NCBI RefSeq assembly: GCF_054482525.1
Contig: NZ_CM137006.1
Length of the DNA: 64,000 nucleotides
Strand: one strand, 5' to 3'
Of this stretch, positions 55,842 to 64,000 are shown piece by piece (positions within the stretch are counted from its first letter, which is position 1; every line of letters begins with the position of its first letter). A model generated the notes under the pieces. It had not been told where the DNA came from. It did not search any database and was given only the letters and a program-made list of their open reading frames with translations. The translations under genes were made by a program, and so were the position numbers.

Positions 55842-56255
55842 CTAACGGCTCAGGCGGCGCATCCGCTCAGACGGAGTAATGATATCGGTGATCCGCACGC
55901 CATATTTATCAGCGACTACGACAACTTCGCCCTGAGCAATTAAATAACCGTTGATCAGAATATCCAGCGGTTCGCCCGCCAGACCGTCCAGCGCCACGAC
56001 TGATCCTTGCGTCAGACGCAATAACTCTTTGATGGTCATTCGTGTGCGGCCCAGCTCGACGGTCAGCTTGACCGGAATATCCATAATCAGGTCGATATCC
56101 TGTAACGTTCCGCTGACATCACCACCGCCAAATTGCTGGAACACCGCGTCGGCAGCGCTTTTGCTGCTGGTTGATTTTTGTTCGCTCAACGCTTCAGCCC
56201 ACAGATCGTCCATTGCGCCGTTGTTGTCATCGGCCGGATTATTCATGTCACTCAT
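55842..56255 (-). CDS. fliN: flagellar motor switch protein FliN
   Basis: 137 aa; SpoA domain. Confidence 0.9.
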   Translation of the reverse strand: MSDMNNPADDNNGAMDDLWAEALSEQKSTSSKSAADAVFQQFGGGDVSGTLQDIDLIMDIPVKLTVELGRTRMTIKELLRLTQGSVVALDGLAGEPLDILINGYLIAQGEVVVVADKYGVRITDIITPSERMRRLSR

Positions 56256-57256
56256 TTGGGCTGTTCCTCGTTCAGAGAATTTAAAATCGGGTTAATCAAA
56301 TGTTCTATCCGTAACGCATATTGACCGTTGAGTGTGCCGTACTGACTGGTCAGCACCGGGACGCCGTCAACATGGGCGATGATGCGGTCGGGTTTTTCTA
56401 TCGGCAGGACGTCGCCGGGTTTCAGTTTTAAAATCTGCGACAGGCGTAGCGAGATATCGGCAAAGTTGGCGACCAGCTCCAGCTGTGAATGCTGCACCTG
56501 GCGCACCAGGTTATCGCGCCAGTTCTGATCTTCATTACGCGAGTTTTCCAGCGGCGGGTTAACCAACAATTCCCGTAGCGGCTCGATCATGCTGAATGGC
56601 AGGCAGATATTAAATTCGCCGGTCAGGTTGCCAATCTCCACATGGAACGGCGTGTTAACCACGATGTCGTTCGGCGAGGTGGTGATATTGGTAAATTTCA
56701 CCTGCATTTCCGAACGTACGTACTCAACTTCCAGCGGATTAATCGCCTTCCAGGCATCGCTATAGCCTTCAAGCGCCAGCTTTAACATGCGGTTGATGAC
56801 GCGCTGTTCGGTATGGGTAAACTCGCGACCTTCCACTTTAGTCGGGAAGCGTCCATCGCCGCCAAACAGGTTATCCACGGCGATAAACACCAGACTCGGT
56901 GAGAACACCACCAGCCCTGTGCCGCGCAGCGGTTTCAGATGGATAAGGTTCAGGTTGGTCGGCACCGGCAGGTTGCGGGCAAATTCATGGTACGGCTGAA
57001 TGCGGATGGCCCCGACGGTTATATCCGGGCTACGGCGCAGCAGGTTGAACAGCCCCATACGAAAATGGCGAGCAAAGCGCTCATTAATGATTTCCAGCGC
57101 CTGCAAACGTTCGCGCACAACCCGTCGTTGGGTATTCGGATCGTACGGACGAATGTCACTTTCGCCGCTTACACTGGCTGTCGGTTCGTCTTTGACTTCG
57201 CTGTCACCATTCAACAGCGCATCAATTTCAGCTTGAGAAAGAATACTATCGCCCAT
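56252..57256 (-). CDS. fliM: flagellar motor switch protein FliM (334 aa from MGDSILSQAEIDALL)
   Basis: The listed ORF is N-terminally over-extended; the K-12-like start gives 334 aa. Confidence 0.9.
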   Translation of the reverse strand: MGDSILSQAEIDALLNGDSEVKDEPTASVSGESDIRPYDPNTQRRVVRERLQALEIINERFARHFRMGLFNLLRRSPDITVGAIRIQPYHEFARNLPVPTNLNLIHLKPLRGTGLVVFSPSLVFIAVDNLFGGDGRFPTKVEGREFTHTEQRVINRMLKLALEGYSDAWKAINPLEVEYVRSEMQVKFTNITTSPNDIVVNTPFHVEIGNLTGEFNICLPFSMIEPLRELLVNPPLENSRNEDQNWRDNLVRQVQHSQLELVANFADISLRLSQILKLKPGDVLPIEKPDRIIAHVDGVPVLTSQYGTLNGQYALRIEHLINPILNSLNEEQPK

Positions 57257-57260
57257 GTCG

Positions 57261-57725
57261 TTATCGCAGAATAAAAGCGGTATACAGCACGTCGGTGACA
57301 TCCTGTTTCGGTTGCCCGGCAACAAGCGGGGTGGAAAGTGTGGTTTTAATCTCGGCAATCAGTTTTTTCTTGCCTTCTTCTGTCGCCAGTACGGCAGCAT
57401 CCTGACGCGAAAACAGTAACAGCAAACGGCTACGGACTTCCGGCAAATACTCACTCAGCCGCGAGCGGGTAGCTTCATCTTTCAGTCGCAGGGTTATGCC
57501 GATATAAAGCACGCGATCCGCATCGCCCAGATTGACCGTAAAGGTATCCAGCGCATAGAAGACCGGGGAGGGCACGACGCGTTGCTGTGCTTTGTCTTCA
57601 GCGGCAACCTGATGCGAATGCCAGTAGCTGTAACCTGCGCTGGCACAGGCCGCGAGGGTAATGAATACCAGAATCGGGATCCAAAGCGATCGCTTGCTTT
57701 TCTTGCTTATCGCGTAATCAGTCAT
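57261..57725 (-). CDS. fliL: flagellar basal body-associated protein FliL
   Basis: 154 aa; single TM. Confidence 0.9.
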   Translation of the reverse strand: MTDYAISKKSKRSLWIPILVFITLAACASAGYSYWHSHQVAAEDKAQQRVVPSPVFYALDTFTVNLGDADRVLYIGITLRLKDEATRSRLSEYLPEVRSRLLLLFSRQDAAVLATEEGKKKLIAEIKTTLSTPLVAGQPKQDVTDVLYTAFILR

Positions 57726-57829
57726 GTGTTGCGGTCTTCCTGTGTCGCTACTGCTTATCGGCTAATTATCCTGCGTCTTGAGCGCAACAAAGCGGGGAAA
57801 AGACGCGGATTACGGTGCTACCTCTGACG

Positions 57830-58957
57830 TTAGGCGAAAATATCAACGCCGCTGTTGCCTGTTACACGCCCTTGTAAAGAGACGGGAACCGGAAGCGTAT
57901 CGTCGTCTTCCCCCGCCAGAGGTTCATGGTTTGCTGTGCGTTGGCTTTGCTGTTGCTGGGAAGCGGCCTGCTGCTGACCACTAAAGCTTTCGCCACTAAT
58001 GTTGCTTTGCCCTAACTGAATGCCACTTTCGGCCAGCTGCGTACGCAGTACCGGAAGCGCTGCTTCCAGGGCGGCGCGTACGTGCTGATGCGGTGAAACC
58101 ATCTGGATTTGCGCCTGGTTATCATCCACTTTGAGGGAGATTTGCACTTCACCTAAATCCTGCGGGTGCAGACGCAACTCTGCACTTTGTTGCCCCTGGC
58201 GGGTTAACAGCGAAATATGCTGGCTTAATGATTGTTGCCATTCGTGAGAACCCAGCGGTGCACTCAAAACAGGCGCGGCGACGGTGGGCAGTGGCTGTGT
58301 CTGGTGTGGAGTGATTAGCGGGCTGGCGGCAGCGGTCACCGACGAAGGCGTGCTGATGACTTCCGCTTTACTCTGGGCTTCTGCTACCAGCGGTGTTAAT
58401 GGCTGAGCTGGTGTGCCGGGGGCGTCATCAGGCTGTGCTGTTGTGAGTTGCTCAGAAGTCAGTTTTGTGAAGAGCGTTGGTTTCTCTGTCGGTAATACGG
58501 TTGACGGTGCATCAGTCACTTTGGGCGTATTGTCAAAACCCGGCAACATCGCAAAAAGGGCACTCAGGCTGGCGGTGACGTCTTCATTCAGATCATCCGC
58601 TTTTTCGTCTTTTGCCGTATTGTTGTCAGCCGCCGCAGCCAACGTTATCGTCTGAGCGGTGGTTAACGGTGTTGATGTGGATTGTTCGTCGTTGATGACA
58701 GGCAGTGTTTCATCCACGGGGATCAGTAAATCCGCTTGGTGCGCGTCGGAAACAATATCGCTGACCAGCGGCTCGCCTTTTGTCGTGGGCTTATCTGTTG
58801 CCACCAGCAGCTGGGGGGCCGCTTTGTCGGTAGTTGCCTCGCCTGCTAATGCTTCGCTTAACAACGCGAGAAAATCTTGTGCAGCATCGCTGGCTTTGCC
58901 GCCAGGCAATGTGGTGGTGTCAACGTCGGCGGTAATCAAGGGCGCTAAGCGAATCAT
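57830..58957 (-). CDS. fliK: flagellar hook-length control protein FliK
   Basis: 375 aa; Pro/Gln-rich. Confidence 0.85.
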   Translation of the reverse strand: MIRLAPLITADVDTTTLPGGKASDAAQDFLALLSEALAGEATTDKAAPQLLVATDKPTTKGEPLVSDIVSDAHQADLLIPVDETLPVINDEQSTSTPLTTAQTITLAAAADNNTAKDEKADDLNEDVTASLSALFAMLPGFDNTPKVTDAPSTVLPTEKPTLFTKLTSEQLTTAQPDDAPGTPAQPLTPLVAEAQSKAEVISTPSSVTAAASPLITPHQTQPLPTVAAPVLSAPLGSHEWQQSLSQHISLLTRQGQQSAELRLHPQDLGEVQISLKVDDNQAQIQMVSPHQHVRAALEAALPVLRTQLAESGIQLGQSNISGESFSGQQQAASQQQQSQRTANHEPLAGEDDDTLPVPVSLQGRVTGNSGVDIFA

Positions 58958-59397
58958 TCAGGTTTCCTCATGGCGGCGCGCTGGGCGAACTCATCCATCT
59001 TTTTCTGATCGAGGCGGTTTTCTGCAAGCAGTGCCGCCGTGGATTGCCGTTCCTGCAGTGTCTGCCAGGCCTGCAAACGTTGTTTCTTTTCTCGCCAGCT
59101 GTTCAGGGCAATGTCAACTTTCTGCGTCCACTGATTAAGTTGCTGGCGATGCTGAGTAATGGCTTTTTCCAGCGTCTGGATAAACTGCTGATAGTTGATC
59201 CAGCGGTTGCTGGTCATCCCGGCACTCATATCGCTATTGAGGTTATTGCGATATTCATTCTGATAATCGATCAGCATTTTGAGCTGTTCTTCCGCCTGCT
59301 GACATCCGCGACGCATTTCACCCAGCAGGCGCGCGGCATCCTCTACCTCTTTTTCTGCCAGATCTTTCAGGGTCGCCAGCGCACCATGTTCTGCCAT
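58954..59397 (-). CDS. fliJ: flagellar export chaperone FliJ
   Basis: 147 aa; coiled coil. Confidence 0.85.
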   Translation of the reverse strand: MAEHGALATLKDLAEKEVEDAARLLGEMRRGCQQAEEQLKMLIDYQNEYRNNLNSDMSAGMTSNRWINYQQFIQTLEKAITQHRQQLNQWTQKVDIALNSWREKKQRLQAWQTLQERQSTAALLAENRLDQKKMDEFAQRAAMRKPE

Positions 59398-59415
59398 CTG
59401 CCGTTATCTCCTGGG

Positions 59416-60788
59416 TTATGACACTGTCGGGAAAATACGCTCCAGCCCCTGGAGAGACGCTTCCCAGTCCGCGCGTTCAAAAATGCCTTGTTGCAAATAG
59501 CCCTCCAGCTGCGGCCACAGGGCGATGGCTTTGTCGAGCATCGGATCGCTGCCTTTGGCATACGCGCCGACGCTAACCAGATCGCGGTTACGCTGAAAAC
59601 TCGACAACAGCTGTTTGAAGGTGCGCACTCGCGCGTAATGTTGCTCACTGATCAACGCCGTCATTGCGCGGCTGATCGACGCTTCAATATCGATAGCCGG
59701 ATAGTGCCCGGCTTCCGCCAGTCGGCGAGACAGCACAATGTGACCGTCGAGGATGGCCCGCGCGGAGTCGGCAATGGGGTCCTGCTGGTCATCGCCCTCG
59801 GTGAGCACGGTATAAAACGCGGTAATCGAGCCGCCGCCGCTAATGCCATTTCCGGCACGCTCGACCAGTGCCGGTAATTTGGCAAACACCGACGGGGGAT
59901 AACCTTTGGTGGCGGGTGGTTCGCCAATCGCCAGCGCAATTTCACGCTGGGCCATCGCGTAGCGGGTGAGGGAGTCCATAATCAGCAACACATGCTGACC
60001 ACGATCGCGAAAATCTTCGGCAATGCGCGTGGCATAGGCGGCACCCTGCATTCGCAGGAGCGGAGAAACATCCGCCGGAGCGGCAATCACCACGGAGCGT
60101 GCACGTCCTTCGGCACCGAGGATATTCTCAATAAAATCTTTTACTTCGCGCCCACGTTCACCAATCAAACCCACGACAATGACATCGGCGCGGGTGTAAC
60201 GTGCCATCATCCCCAGCAGCACACTTTTACCAACGCCGGACCCGGCAAACAGCCCCATACGCTGCCCACGCCCAACGGTAAGCAGGGCATTGATTGGGCG
60301 CACGCCGGTGTCCAGCACATGTTCAATCGGTGTACGTTGCAACGGGTTAAATGGCGGGGTAATCAGCGCACCGGTTTCCGTCGTATCGGGGGAGGGGAGG
60401 CCATCGAGCGGTTTACCGCTGCCGTCCAGAACGCGACCTAATAACGCCGGACCGAGCGGCAACTGCTTGCCGCTTTGCAGCCCTTCAGCCGAAATGTTTT
60501 TGGCATAAACACGCGCGCCGGGCAGGACACCTTCCACTTCCTCCAGCGGCATTAAAAACAGCCGTTGACCGTTAAAGCCAACGACTTCGCTTTCTACTTC
60601 GTGCGTTTCGCTGCCGTTCTGGCGTTCAATGACACAGGTTGCGCCGAGCGGCAATTGTAATCCGGTGGCTTCCAGCACCAGCCCGGTAGCGCGGGTTAAT
60701 CGCCCGTAGCGACGTACCGCAGGCAACTGCGCCATTTTGGCTTCAAAGTTATCCAGCGTGGTTAGCCAGCGAGTCAGACGCGTGGTCA

Positions 60789-60789
<1 letters not shown>
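59416..60789 (-). CDS. fliI: flagellum-specific ATPase FliI
   Basis: 457 aa; Walker A GSGVGKS. Confidence 0.9.

Positions 60790-64000
<3,211 letters not shown>

Noticed and set aside
56252-57358. N-terminally extended 368-aa version of FliM, and similarly extended hprR (38487), fliH and yedJ ORFs
   Set aside because: The upstream extensions lack SDs and conservation; the internal Mets reproduce the known protein lengths

Overview
The window has two parts. Positions 1 to about 33,290 are the right-hand two thirds of a lambdoid prophage: early and replication genes, nin region, Q, late genes, lysis, packaging, HK97-type head, lambda-type tail, side fibers and attR. Positions 33,290 to 64,000 are E. 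coli core chromosome with one IS150 copy. The core genes run zinT, msrQP, hiuH, hprRS, hchA, an intact yedS-type porin, yedR, yedJ, dcm-vsr, yedA, yedI, yodC, dgcQ, yedP, dsrA, yodD, dsrB, rcsA, then fliR back to fliF, inverted relative to the K-12 map.

The prophage ends in a 61-nt copy of the 3' end of tRNA-Ser serU (anticodon CGA), so its attachment site is the serU tRNA gene. The yodB gene that I expect to flank serU in K-12 is not detectable here.

The most unusual content is a set of accessory genes and non-coding elements inserted at the lambdoid moron hotspots:
- a cobalamin-independent epoxyqueuosine reductase (QueH/DUF208) gene in the nin region;
- a four-gene tRNA array (Ile-CAU, an atypical Lys-UUU-like tRNA, Thr-UGU, Gly-UCC) directly behind the Q/tR' junction, where Stx phages carry stx;
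- about 290 bp of highly structured non-coding DNA between those tRNAs and the lysis genes;
- a hok/gef-type type I toxin gene;
- an AT-rich lipoprotein gene;
- a convergent gene pair (an 88-aa ORF and a YfbU/UPF0304-like protein on the opposite strand) between Rz/Rz1 and the HNH-terminase module.

Other features readable directly from the sequence:
- replication-origin iterons (GTCACG at one per helical turn) inside the replication gene, whose product ends in a DnaT-like ...SEPDxxIPPGFRG tail;
- a phage-21-type lysis cassette (dual-start pinholin, SAR endolysin, Rz with embedded Rz1) with one extra gene between holin and endolysin;
- a -1 frameshift site (A8G) for the tail chaperone G/G-T pair;
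- intrinsic terminators inside the structural operon;
- a 192-bp in-frame tandem duplication in the lambda Stf-like side tail fiber, followed by a second fiber gene with a C-terminal auto-chaperone (peptidase S74-like) domain;
- IS150 inserted into a REP element with a 3-bp GCT target duplication.

I see no CRISPR array and no stx genes. All family assignments are from reading the translated ORFs against remembered family motifs; nothing was searched against a database.
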